Below, piece by piece: positions 40,846 through 54,214 of a stretch of 64,000 bases of DNA (within the stretch, counting starts at the first letter, position 1; each line of letters starts with the position of its first letter). The stretch spans positions 62,001 through 126,000 of the forward strand of contig JBEWZL010000191.1 in assembly GCA_045837725.1 (NCBI GenBank). The letters are read 5' to 3'. The notes under the pieces were generated by a model. That model did not search any database. It had not been told where the DNA came from and worked only from the letters and a program-made list of their open reading frames with translations. The translations under genes and the position numbers were made by a program. The stretch comes from Vermamoeba vermiformis (taxonomy: Eukaryota).

Positions 40846-42986
40846 ATGCAATCTCTTAAAATATTAATCGTTATCTTTGCGACGCTAGTTGCGATCGCAT
40901 CCAGCTCCAGAATTATATTTCCTCCAGGGTAAGTCGATCGATTCACATATGAGAAATATAGATTAAGACCGCGATGTCTTTACGTAACCGAATTTCAAAT
41001 GGCAACGTTATTGATGTGTCTTTTAGCCTTCCTGAGATCAACACACCAGTAATGACAAACGGCTTTGTTGGCGGCATACCATCGAACTTTACAATTGCTG
41101 CCAATTTAACGATCATTGTAAGTATATAATGATATTCTATTTCGATAATAGCATAAATAACCTCGCTTGAAGGGTTTTGGTGGATGCGATCCCTTTCAAG
41201 TTCCTGAAGGAAACTTAGTATTAGTCAATATCGGACCTTGCAATGTCGACACTAAAATCAAAAACGCTATCAAGGGTAAGTAGTGACACACCATACTATT
41301 GGCAAAACCTTTTCTGGATCCAGGAAGGATATTTAGGGATCTCGGTTCTTAATCTCCGCGGATCCAGCACTTTAGCATCATTAAAAACTAATCCATTGTA
41401 TTATAAGCCGGTGCTGTTGGTGTACTAGTTAATACTTACGAACCTCCCGGCGTTGGACGAAAGAGCAGAGCCCCGCTTCAAAACACGCCACTTAATTTCC
41501 CTGCCGTCGTGGTACGAAAACTAAGCATTGCCTTTTTTGGAAGTATATCGAATCTTCTATAAGGCTCTGAGATCTATAATTAGCTTATAGTGTCAAAAGA
41601 TTTTGACTAATGATTTGTTACAGATCGGCATGTTCGACTACTTCATGCTGCTTGGCCTCAATACTACTATTGTTATGGAAATTACTCCAGGTACGTCGCG
41701 AGCGTGGCAAATTGCCTAAAATTAGTTATTTCCTTATTTGGCTTATGAATTTAATACTAAACTTTATTTTTTTATCCTTAGGCCATAGCGATTGGCATGT
41801 GCTTATCTTCGATACCGCATGGTTCTTAGCAATGAACATCTTATTCGCTGCTATCTATTTGGGCCTATTAGCGCTCGTCATACGCAAATTCATCATTAAA
41901 GTACGACGAAGCGGATTTGCTTGTAACGTTGGCTTCGTTTATTTGATGTTCCAAGGCGCGTTTTGCGCACGTAAGTGTCATATAAAGATATTAATATAGT
42001 TTGAGGACCTTAATTAACCAATTTATAGTTATGTTTATTCGATGGATTGATCCGTTAGTTGGCCGCGGCATTTTTATTATTGAAATGGACTCCTTCTTCG
42101 ATCTGTTTCCTTCAACGCTAGCATGTAAGTCAATATGAAGGCTTTACTCATGCTTAAAATGGATCTAACCGATTTTAATTGAAGTTACTGCCTTGTTGCT
42201 AATGGCGTTCTTTTGGTTCGAAGTTATTAACCAATTTGCGGATATGAAAGTAACTCCCTTCTTAAGTAAAAAGTAAGCACGAACCGCTACTACTAATTTT
42301 GTCGGTGGATCTAACAGAATTTTTTAGGCTCCGGATCCCGTTCTGGATTGCCGCGAGTGTAATCATGCTTTTGCCGTTAGTTAATGTCTTAGTGCTCACT
42401 CAATCGCCCGTCATCGACCCTTTCATCGTTATTAGCGTCGTTATTATGGCTGCCGGTGCTGTGGTTGGTGCCTTTTATATCGTTGTTGGTAAGTTCATGA
42501 ATGAGTCAATTTCCAAAAAAGGAAAATTTCTCAATCATTTCAATATTAGCGGTCAAGGCGCTCAAAGTGCTCGCGCGATCTCGCCGCCTCAATATCGACA
42601 AGAAGAGTAGAGTCAAAGCTTTGGCTAAGGTAAGATCAGATCTCCACTTGTTTCTTCAAAAAGACATATCTAATATATCTTTTGTATAGCTTCAAGTCTC
42701 TATTATCTTGTCGTGCATAATTGCTTGCATTTATCCGTTCGCGAGCTTTTTCTTGCGCTATTTCGGCCTATTCTACTACTCGTGGCTCTACTTCGCCATT
42801 CTCCTCGAAGAATCTTTATTGTTGGGCGTAGTAGTGTTTGTTCAAGTATGGTTCATGCCGGCTAAGAACTCTCACTCATCTGCGACGAAGCGAACAAGCG
42901 GATCGTCTCAAGCAAAAACGAAGGAATCCACTAAACCGGTCAATGAAAAAGAAGAAAGCTCTAATGCGAGCACAAATAATGTTTAA
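40846..42986 (+). CDS. Signal peptide + PA (protease-associated) domain + 7TM protein
   Basis: Spliced exons give GCDPFQVPEGNLVLVNIGPCNVDTKIKNAIK|AGAVGVLV (PA consensus), followed by seven hydrophobic helices and an S/T-rich tail. Confidence 0.7.
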
Positions 42987-43138
42987 TATAGCTGAATTAT
43001 AACTTGTAATTATACTAACCCATAAATGTATCATAGTATTTAAACCATTTATTCTGCTCTTCATAGTGTACAAAATAATGCAAAAGTTACTCGCGATCCT
43101 TCGGTTTATCTTTAGGAGACGGACTAGACTATTTTAAA

Positions 43139-44082
43139 TTAAATTAAGTCTTTCTCATCAGGCTTTAAGATCTTAGTGAGTTCCGGATCTTCGTTCGGAT
43201 CAAAGTCGTTGTAGGCTTCAGCCGGAATCTTTTCGTGTTCGTGCATGTATCTCACCCACTCGTATTTTTTTGCGTCAATCGCCTCGCCCATGGCAGCGAA
43301 CCCATCTGAGCCACAGTTGATCTTGAACAAGGTGAAGTCGTCTCTCTTGGCAAGTTTACCGGCTATGCAATTCTCCAAGTTTTCGGGATCTTGGAAAAAA
43401 GCCATTCGACGCATTTCGTCGGTGGCTTCTTCTTGCAATCCAACTTCAATTACCATTGAATTTCCAGAGCGAGGAGCGAATGAAGGATTGTTGAGCATGG
43501 CAGCGAAGAACTTGTTTTTGTACTCGGCTGGGAAGTCTCGTTCAAGAATAAACCGCAGTTCATTTGTTTCAATCTTGAATCTATGGTCTTCAAATAGCAC
43601 GGCAATTACATCAAGGGCTTCTGACTTAAATGCCTTTTTGAAGCACTCGTAGAGATACTCGTGCGTGTAGTTCAAGGTCGGGCATTGAAGGGCCAATTTG
43701 GCGGCATTAACGTTGTTAGCTTTAATGGCAGCCATGAGAACGCCGGTATGAGTTCCAAAGCTAAACGACGGATGTGCCGTGATCAAATCCACGGCTTCTT
43801 TGTTTTTCTTCGCCAAGGCCCATTTCAGCGCAGCATTGTTGAACATCGATATGTTGAAGTTCTTTTTGTGAATTATGGCCGAGACAACGTCTTTGTGGTC
43901 TTGGCAAATTGCACCGATTAAAGCGTGCACTATGGCTGTAGAATCCGTAGTTTCGGCAAGCAATTTGTTAACTTCTTGGAGCCATCCGTCGACCGCGGCA
44001 TCAACTGCAATTAAAATAATGATTATAAAATTGAATTTAACGGAAATTGAATATAAATTTACTTACGTAAGGGATTAGCCAT
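43139..44082 (-). CDS. Ankyrin-repeat protein
   Basis: Short first exon MANPL, then repeats such as NNAALKWALAKKNKEAVDLI and VLMAAIKANNVNAAKLAL. Confidence 0.7.
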
Positions 44083-44296
44083 TTTGATTTCAATTCGGCG
44101 ATGTTTAGAATGAGATGTGGTAGGTAAAACCTTAAAAATCGTAACATAACGTAAAAACTAAAAAATTTTGAATTTCGCTTGCGAACCGACCAATCGTGTG
44201 CCAGCGCTATTTTTGGCGAGATTAAATCTCGAGTTTAGGCAACGTGAGTACTTCAGCTTTTTTTATTACCTGTACACGCCATCAGAGGTAAATAGT

Positions 44297-45838
44297 TTAC
44301 TCTGATCCGATTGGAGTATTAGATACTGCTGATCCGCCTCCCGAACCGTTGCTGCCTTCGGATGTGGTCGGTTGCTTTAGTGTTCTCGCAGGAGTTAGGA
44401 TTATAAACGCCAGCTGCAAGCCCGAGAATATATACAATATCATCATAATCTGCCACGTGTAGCTAAACTCGAAATTAATTATCGCATTTAAAAATAATTT
44501 TCGGTACGTAAGATCTGGACTTACACGTGAACGATTGGCATCGCAATAATTAACACCATTGGTATCATAGGGAATAACATGACGCCTACTCCAAGGACCA
44601 TAACTAAAAATCGCATCTTCCTCAATCCAAGCTTCACCAGCCGTTTGTCTTCTACTGCAGCGTTTTTCAGATGCCTTTCCAATCTTCGCCGAATTTTAAG
44701 TGATTGAATGAGAGGCGACATAGCCATTATTATAAACGCGCCTATTGTGGCTGCCGCTCGACCTCGTACGAGCTCTAAAAAGAATTTGTTAGATCTGGCC
44801 ACTGAAATTTCTATCGTCCTTTCATTAAAACTGGGCGAGTATTATATGAATTAATTAGCTACGGAATACTATGCCCTTACGTATTCTAGTTTCAGTAGAA
44901 TCGACAACGTGTATGGCAATGTCGAACGCAATCTGAACTGCGGCAAAGAATCCGGGAGTAAGAAAAGGCAAAAACTTGACTTTCTTGTAGACACGCTTTA
45001 GTCTAACAGTACTTTGCTTAAATAGGCCATAGATATTCGCTTGACGGAGGTAAATGTCGACCGCGAACGCAATCCACATTACAAGCGCAATAACCAACGA
45101 AGCCACGCTGTTGTAAATGAATAGGCCTCCAAAAATATATAAAGATACATATACGCAGAACACTAAACGAAGTAATGATTAATACCGCAATCAGATTCGT
45201 AATACGGAATTCGAATACACATGCATTTCGCCGCTCTATATTTAGAACGCGAATTTAATTATAATATTACGGAAACTTACGTGAGCATCCAATAGAGAGT
45301 GCAATTAACTGTCTTACAGCCCTAATTTGTCGCTTTCTTTCGGGCTTGATCCAGAACCTAAACTGCACGAGCCTGACAAACGCGCCAATGACGGTTAAAA
45401 TACCTGGCGATAAATTGAATCAATTAACCATCGAGCATGTTATTAATATAGTCCTAGCGATGTTTTCTAATCATGATACTCACTCAAACCGAATTGGATG
45501 TAAGCAAGCGCGCCAAATCCAGGGATGCTGACAGGGCAATCAGAATCTCCTAGGTCGAAAAATAGCGCCCGTCCAGTGAATCCTTCGTCGCATATACAGC
45601 GGGTGTCATTTTCGCAAGTGCCATGTCCTGGATCCCAAATTATCAAATTAATACAATACGTAATTTCAAAAAATCGTTTAATGAATTTCAGCTGTCGATT
45701 ATATTTAAATAAATTACCAGAGCATATTCCAGAAAATGGAGCTAAATTTTGAGTGCACTGAGCGTTACTGCATCCGAAGAGACACGAGATCCCGATTATG
45801 AAAGCCAATAAATACGACCACCGCACTATTTCTAACAT
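44297..45838 (-). CDS. EGF-like domain + 7TM protein, paralog A
   Basis: Signal peptide; AQCTQNLAPFSGICSG|HGTCENDTRCICDEGFTG; seven hydrophobic helices. Confidence 0.75.
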
Positions 45839-46106
45839 ATTAAATATATACACTGTTGTTTAACACTATTATCATTTGATTGAATGTGTGTTTTGGCTGT
45901 TGTAAAGTGTAAGTGTCATATTCGCTCCCAAACCTGGATTTTTGCACGTGATCGCGTATACTTTTGTATACTTTTGTCCCAATATGGTCCGTTATTTGAT
46001 TATCAAAGTGTGCTTCAATAACGTCATTCTTGAAGATTTGTGAGTGGATCGGAAAAATATGCTTGTTTTATTTACAATTAGCTCCTCCTTCCGCCGTATT
46101 ATTCTT

Positions 46107-47828
46107 TTACTTGGCGGACAAAGTTGTTGGATTAGACGTGTCAGTAGAGCCGCTAGACTTGGGTCCCTTAGAAACCTTGTGCGGCGTGAGCAGAACTGCC
46201 GCTCCTTGAATGGAGGTCAACAAGTAAAGTATATAAAACGCGTGGTATATGTAACTATTAATAAACGGAGGTTAATAAACGTTAAATCAAGTAAAGTATT
46301 CAATGCAGTTCCAGATCTAGAACTTACACGTGAGTTATGGGCATGGCAATGACGAGGACGTTAGGAATAAGAGGCAGTGCAATCGTGCCCATTAACGCCA
46401 TATTAATCATTCTAAGTTTGCGAAGTCCTTGTTTGATCGTCTTCTTGTTCGCGTCAAGTTCCGATTTCAAATGCTCGCGCAAATTCTTTTGTAACTTTAG
46501 TGAGTAAGTCAGCGGGACCAATCCGATGACAGTGAAGCTGAATATCAGTGATGCACTTCCTGCTTGTACTAGCGCTGCACAAAAATTTAAGTTAGTTCCA
46601 AAAGATCCGGATCTAAACCATCGTCAGAGGGCAAATTCAAGCCATTATGGGACCGTATCAAGTCATTCTATAATTATAGCGAATATGTCTTTGTGTAATA
46701 GGTCTCGGCCTTATATGGTATTATTAATGGGAGTACTATATTCACTTACCTATTCTAGTTTGAATGTCGTCAATGCAGTACGTCACGATGCTCAGTGGAA
46801 TCAAAGTGCCAGGAATTAACACCGCTGAAAAGACTTCGAGGCCATAAACAGTCTTAGATCGCTTAGCAAATTTTGCTCGATCATTGCCCCAACTCGCTGC
46901 TTTGAATAATTCATAGACGTTGAGTTTGCGGAAATAGATGTCGTTGCCAACGGTGATCCAAAACGCGCAATGGAAAATTAATCCGACGATGCTGTTGTAT
47001 TGGTACATGCCCCCAAATATGTATAATCCAACGACGATCATATTTACTACCAAAAATAAAGTTAGGATCCGGATGTCGATCCACAAGATAAAAATAGACC
47101 ATAAATTTTCATAAAAACATGGCCTGTTATAATCGCCTACCTGCAGCAGCTACCAATATCGAGGCTAATATATTCATAGCTCGCTTTTGCCCTTTAGTCT
47201 TGAGGGGACTTAACCAAGGTTTGAAAGTAAAGATCCGATAAATGCATAAAATAACTGCTATGCCAGCTGCATCATATTATAACGTCAATATATAATAAAA
47301 ATGTTAAAATAATAATGACAATTTACCGCAACCGAACTGGATGTAGGCTAACGCTCTGAAGGCAAGTAGATGCGTTGGGCAATCAGTGTCCCCGACATCG
47401 AAATGTAATCCAATACCTCCATAGTTCTCGTCGCATATACATCGTGTATTATTATCGCAAGTGCCTTGGCCTGGGAATATTATTTTGTGAGTGGACGAAA
47501 TAAGTGACGGTTATGAACGAACACCTTAACGAGCGCAATATCAAGAATACTACTCGAATAAAATTATAACTATTATTTAGTATCATGCATGATTTATCCG
47601 ATGATTATTCGTTGCTGTTAAAGATTGTAAATTTTTAACGGATGTAGGGCCACCGTTGTAGATCGGTATAAAATATTCGGATAATAATTATATTAATATC
47701 TTATAATTACCTGAGCATAGACCAGTGAACGGCAGCAAATTTTGAGTGCATTGAGCCTCCGCGAGACTAATCCAGCAGATGGCGCCAATTACGAACACAA
47801 GAAACGACCTACTTTTAATTAACAACAT
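46107..47828 (-). CDS. EGF-like domain + 7TM protein, paralog B
   Basis: AQCTQNLLPFTGLCSG|QGTCDNNTRCICDENYGG; same exon layout as paralog A. Confidence 0.75.
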
Positions 47829-48287
47829 TACAACCACATTTAATATAATAAACGTTGTGTTGACATCATCATCTGTCAAATTTAATGATAATAAATTGCA
47901 AGAAACAAAACGGTGAAAGTGTCACGTGATGGATGTACTTTAAATTTTTAAACTACCGAATATTTATACAAAATTTGGTATGTCCTTGTATAATACATAC
48001 AACATTATATCGCGGAAGACCGTTTAGACTCACTTTTGCTAACGCATAACGAACTTCGTGCGCCGAGTTTTTTTGGTCAGATCTTCGCTGTTTTGTTTTG
48101 CAGCTGGGATTACTATTATTACAAACGCAAGCATAGTTAAACCTAAAATAATACTATAAGATCATTATATATCGCAGATAATCAGATCTAATCGAAAAAT
48201 AAATAATTTTTAAATCGAATAATAATACAGTAAGAAATTGTAACCTTATTATAGTAATAATAATAAGCAATATCTTATTTTCCTTTC

Positions 48288-49779
48288 TCAAAGCTGCTGC
48301 TTGGGTGTGTCTGGAGTGCTGGTACTTGTCGATCGGACGTTTCTGATCTTGCTTGGTTGCAAAATCAAGATTGAGGCTTGCATAATTGTAACTTGGTACA
48401 ATATTAAAAATATCTGGAATATATACCTAAAAATAAACAATTTAGCTAGAAATTTACAAAATTTGTAGCGGATCTCTTACGCATGAACTACGGGCATTGC
48501 AATGACCAGCACATTAGGAATGAGAGGCACAATTATAACAGAAAGTAATACTACTATAATCATCTTAATCTTCTTCAACCCAACGCGAATCGTTTTTGCA
48601 TTATCCGCTGCTGCATCTGTTTTTAAGTGCTCGCTGAGTCGATTGCGTACTTGAATAGCGTATGATAATGGTACTGCCCCATTGATTATAAAAGAGCCTA
48701 ATAATGACGCAGCACTGCCTTGAGTCAATCCTGAAAAATGGATTTAGCATCCGTTAATTCAAAAATCGGTTAACAGCATTTAAATTAACCCTCATTCTAG
48801 AATATAATAGAATATGATATATATATCGGTAAATATGTACCTATTCTAATTTGAAGGTCGTTGACGACATAAACGGCAATTCCAAACGCGATCTGCGTGG
48901 CCGGTAAGAAAACGCAAGTGAATACTTCAAGCCCAAATATTTTCTTCGAATTTCTCAGCTTCTTTTTGTCCTCTCCAATACTAGTAGCAACGAATAACTT
49001 GTAAATGTTCACTTTTCTAAAGTACAGATCCGCTCCTAAACCAAGCCAAAACGCAGAATAGAATACCAGTGATGCTATACTATTGTAGATAAATAGTCCA
49101 CCGAAGGAGTAAAGGGCTGCATACACTGCGCACACTAAATATAGAGATCCGTAAATAAATTTATTGATCCCTAATTAGGTTACAATCGAATCGATTTGCA
49201 ACCATTAAATTAATATATTATATACTTACGGGATGCTGATACTATCATACTGACCAATATATGCCAGGTTCTGCGCATTTTTTTGCTTTTAAAATCTTCA
49301 TTTCTGAACGTTATCAATCGAAAAGCGGTAGCGATCAGTGCTAGGATGCCTAAATATAGTTAATTAGCATGGCATTAATATAATGACGAAATGCGGGTGC
49401 TACTTACTAACGCCGAACTGGATGTAACCGAGCGCAGAAAACGCTAATCGATGGATGGGGCAGTCAGTGTCGCCAACGTCAAATATTAATGTCACGCCGT
49501 TGTAATTAGCATCACATATGCATCGAGTATTATTTTCGCACGTCCCTTGGCCTGCAGTAAAGAAATGAGATCGATTTATTTAAGTTTCGGCCAGTCAGGT
49601 CGGTTTAAAATGAATCATATAGGACTATTATAAATATTATTATTACAATAAAATAATATACCTGAGCATAATGAAGTAAATGGCGCGAAGTTTTGGGTGC
49701 ACTGTGCATCCGTTGATCGGAAGATGAAGCAAGCGCACAGAACGATGTACAACTGGAGAGCTACGCGATGCAGTATCAT
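48288..49779 (-). CDS. EGF-like domain + 7TM protein, paralog C
   Basis: AQCTQNFAPFTSLCSG|QGTCENNTRCICDANYNG; same exon layout as A and B. Confidence 0.75.
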
Positions 49780-50098
49780 GATACATATATTCCGTTCGTT
49801 AAATAAACATGAGTGGCACGTGCTGCGTTCGTCAATCGGATCTCAAAAATAAGAAATTTTTAAACTTTCAAATTTTTCTTTTACGCCGCCCTAAAATTTT
49901 AAAACAATAGGATAATAAATATTAGCACACGCTCAGGGATAATTCTGGGCTATTGGCAAATTAGGGAATGCAGGTTGAAGATCGGATTTGGATTTGGATC
50001 TTTCATGATCTTTCCGGAAACGTCTCTGAGAAACACAAATGCCTGCTGGTTGCCTAAAAATGTTATTGGGCAAGATTTTTCAGGCAAGGAAGACCGCG

Positions 50099-50139
50099 TG
50101 ACGTCATCACGTGCCTGCACATTGCTCTGACGTCATTGG
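50099..50139. promoter_or_regulatory. Cluster of two perfect CRE palindromes (TGACGTCA), an E-box (CACGTG) and a reverse CCAAT upstream of the bZIP gene
   Basis: TGACGTCA at 50099-50106 and 50128-50135, CACGTG at 50108-50113, ATTGG at 50135-50139. Confidence 0.55.
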
Positions 50140-50328
50140 CTCGTTCATTTTTTTCACGCTTTTATTTTTTGAAGCCAACAACGGTCTAGTCCGTTAGTCT
50201 TTATATTTTTAATTAATAGTAGTCCACACTGGCGGCGAGGCTGTAGTGGCGCATTCGCTTCTCGGAGCGCTCAGCTATAATTTTTTTTTTGGAATCCACG
50301 TCACATCGGCAAAAAAAGATAATGAACG

Positions 50329-51969
50329 ATGGAGGTCGACCCTGAAGACAAGAACGTATCTAATGTACACATACCTGTTCCTACATATCCGCCAAATAGT
50401 AATGGACAAGTAAGTGTAACAAAAAAAAGGCTCGGGTTTTGGCGGCAGTTGGTCAAATCTGCTTTTATTCTGGCACCAACCAAGCCGCCCTCGAGGCCAT
50501 ATATTACAAAGCGACCAAAAAATTATTTTATGAGACTCCCAGCGTGTTACTCAAATTTCTTTACCACCCATTTTTCAAATTCGAATCTGCAGGGTGCTTT
50601 TACACGAGGATCACGGCGTAATACAAAGGTTTGCTTTTGGTGGCTTATATATACATATCCGCAACGCTTTTACTAACTTTTCGGGCTTAATAGACCGAGT
50701 TGCCTTCGTCAGTATCATTTTTATTGAACGCAGCAAACCAACTGAATCCAAGCGCCGAAATAGACCAAATGCATGGAGACGCTACCTATATTAAGTCCGC
50801 TGTTATGACCAAGAGTGACAGCGACAGTTTATCGGATGAGGTCAATGGTGACCCAACCTCGATCGACAAACGAAAGCGAGGCCCGTTGGACGAGAACGAG
50901 AAGGAGCGCAAGAAGAAAGTCAGGTAAATAATTAATACATGCTTCTTATTATAGTTAAAGTGTTATTTATTGCGGTGCAAAGTCACGTCAGCACATCCTT
51001 CTCAGATTTGCTAATAACGTTTAAATAAATCTAGATTATTAAAGAACAGACAGAGCGCTGCTCTCTCGAGGCAGAGGAAGAAAGAATACATATCGACGAT
51101 AGAACAGAAATGCAACACGCTCATGGTCGAAAATTCAGATTTGCAAAACCAGATCAAATCCATGTCGTCGAATACTTGGCAGAACAAGGTCGAAAATGAG
51201 CAACTAGAGAACCAATTGAAGGAGCTTACTAAGCAGAACGAAGAACTACGACGAGCGAACGATTTGTTGTTGAAAGCCAACGAAGTGATGCTCAAATCTG
51301 CTCAGCTGAATTACCAGAACAACAGCGCCACGCTACAATTTGTGGCTGCCAATACGCCACACCAATTATTATTTGGCAGCTCGTCTACTCAAACTGGATC
51401 CGGATCTGCCACGTCATCAAATCCAAATCCGAATCAAGTTGGAAATGGAAACAATAATAACCCCTCAGCAGCGGCTCCAGTACAAGGTCATTTTTTGCTC
51501 AATGCAGCTGCGTTAAACGTGGTTCAGAGCTCCGGATCGGCTGCCTATAATAATGGTATTAATGTTAGTCTCGTAGGAGGGGCCCAATTAACTCCACAAC
51601 AATTGCAAGGTCTTGGAGGACTATTGATCTTGCATCAAAGCACCAATAATAATATTAATATTAATAATAATAGCGATACGACCAATTTCGTAACGAATAA
51701 TAATAACAGCACATCTGTGCAAGCGAATCTGCAAAAGAATGCTTCGGAGAACATATCTGAAGAGAAAAGGGCCTCCTCAATGGTACGTATAATATCCTTA
51801 TCATATACAATCTACTCTCTATTGTTCTGGATCAGAGTTTTTGGTTTGCGAATCTGACCTTTAACAATTTATTTTGTAGACGATAGATTCAATGAAAGTC
51901 GACCAAGTCACTTCAGAATCGAACGGTGCGTCCCAATCAACACCGATGATCATCAGCGAAGGCCAGTAA
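50329..51969 (+). CDS. bZIP transcription factor (CREB/ATF-like basic region)
   Basis: KERKKKVR|LLKNRQSAALSRQRKKEYISTIEQK followed by a leucine heptad coiled coil and an N/Q-rich tail. Confidence 0.9.
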
Positions 51970-52388
51970 ATAATGTAATTAGTTCTGTTGTCGACATCCG
52001 AAAGGATCTTTTGTTACGTGGCTTCAAACAGTTTTGTCAATATTAATTTGGTTCCTATCGTAATAATCGAACCCCAGTATGAAGAGGATAGAGAGTTGTT
52101 TTAATATATAATATTTTTGTGAATAAACTTCTGCGTGTACATTTAGAAACCTGGATCTGCCTTTTAACGACGTCCAAACCTACTTCCATTCCAATTCTCT
52201 ATGTCATACGATAATAACGATGCGATATTGAAAGCTTAAGCGACCCTCTTATTAAATTTTGTTAGACTTGGTAAATTGAAGGTTCGCGATCCAAATTTTC
52301 TTTAAAGCCCAGTTCAAAACCACGGTACGCTCAAATAAAATGATATCAAAGGACATTGAACGCATTATTTAAGCTGAAATTAATCACG

Positions 52389-54069
52389 ATGGAGGTGAGT
52401 AAAGCGGGCTCGTTTGGATCAGCTTTTAATTGAAATGAAGACTTCCTATTTAATAATAATATTTAAACTCTAATATTAAAATTAATATTTTAATAAGGAC
52501 CGTTCGCCTATCTTTCCCGAAGATATCTTCCAGCAGATCATCAAGTTTGCTGACGACAAAACAAAGCGGGCATGGCGTCTTGCAAGCACTAAATTGTTTA
52601 AATTAGTTAATTATACTAAGTTTACAATTTATTTTGCTCGCGCTAAAACACTGCGGTCGATTATAACCCGACTGTCAAAATATTCGTCCCTGATCGGACT
52701 CGAATTGATATGTCCCAAGAATATACCGCTGGAAGAATTATTTAGAGTGAGCATATTGACAAATTTATCGTCATTAGCGATGTTAGAAGTGCAGATCCCA
52801 ACTTCAGTGGACATCTGGTTCAAATTAACAACCTTAAGCAATTTACACCGTTTTGATAGCCGCGAATATCCATTCAACCTTAATGCAAGCTTTACACAAT
52901 TGACAGCATTAGATATCCCCCGAAGTGCGGGTAGCAACGTTTCGATCCTCACGAATTTAAGAAATATTCAAAAATTATCGATTCAAGTGCAGAAAGACTC
53001 ACCAATATATACTATATTAGATTATATTCAAAAACCATCAAGATTAACATCATTGTCTATTACTGGCGACCCATTCACTTATTCAGCGGATCAAGTGTCA
53101 AAATTTTCCAATTTGAAAGTGCTTAGATCACAAGAACAAAAAATTCCATATCAAGTACTAACTAGCCTCGAGCACCTTCAGTTCGATGATCACTTGGATT
53201 CAATCGAAATTTTGACGAATCTGACCACCCTGCACCTCAATCAAAACTTTATTCGAATGCCACCAGATCACGTCCAAATGGCCATTAAAAAATTAACTGC
53301 GTTAGTACGACTAAAGGAATTTTCAATATACCAGGCAATTCACGAGTTTGACTTGGAGATCTTGCGGCCTTTAACGGCCTTAGAGTTGTTGGATTTGGGA
53401 AGGTCCTCCTTCAGTCCTGAAAACTTACAAAAGATTAGTTCAACACGATTGACAGCTCTCAGTGCACGCCTTCAATTATTACAAAGGAGTCATATATCTC
53501 ATTTAACCTCACTACGACAGTTGCAAGGAAAACCGACAGATCTCTTTCTGCCTTTGGAATCGATTCAAGATTTGACTAACTTAACTAGTCTGATAGTTAC
53601 TCGCGGCCAAGTGACTGATAACCTTGCCTATTTGACAACATTCAAGAGTTTAGAGGCGTTGCACGGATTGATTATGCCACCAGATTCGCTCATCTTTCTT
53701 GGATCAAACATCAAAAGACTCACTTTTGACGTACCACCAGAGTATTTAGACAGCAGCTACGAATTATTAACGAAATTTCCGCTCGAAATGCTTGACATGA
53801 AGAACACAGGGCACGCAATTTGGTCAACTCTCAGCAAGCTGACTGATCTGGCGTCCTTAGGCGTGAACAAGGCATTCTCTGACAGCAACATTGAAAGTTT
53901 GACGTGTTTGACACGTTTAACCTTCCTTAGCGTTCACGACCCCGTCTCAACCGCACCGTTCACAAAACTATCAACACTGCAGTTTCTTTTTGTGAGTTTC
54001 AGCAGCGGATCACATTCCTTTAACAGACAAGACTTAAGTAATATGCCACGCTTGCGCCACTATTTTTAA
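52389..54069 (+). CDS. F-box/leucine-rich-repeat protein
   Basis: 2-codon first exon (ME), then FPEDIFQQIIKFADDKTKRAWRLAS (F-box-like) and many LTNLxxL repeats. Confidence 0.75.
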
Positions 54070-54214
54070 AGCAATAAATGGTCGACATCCAACAAAGTTA
54101 CGCTTAATAAATAGCTTTGATTTGCTTTAAATAGGTTACTATGTACAATGAAATTCGTTCTTTAGCTAGAGAATTGTTTTTTTCGTTTGTTTTGAGTGTT
54201 TTTTGTCTTCGTAT

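Noticed and set aside
50231-50276. GC-rich tRNA-like start GGCTGTAGTGGCGCA
   Set aside because: No T-loop or B box and no cloverleaf.
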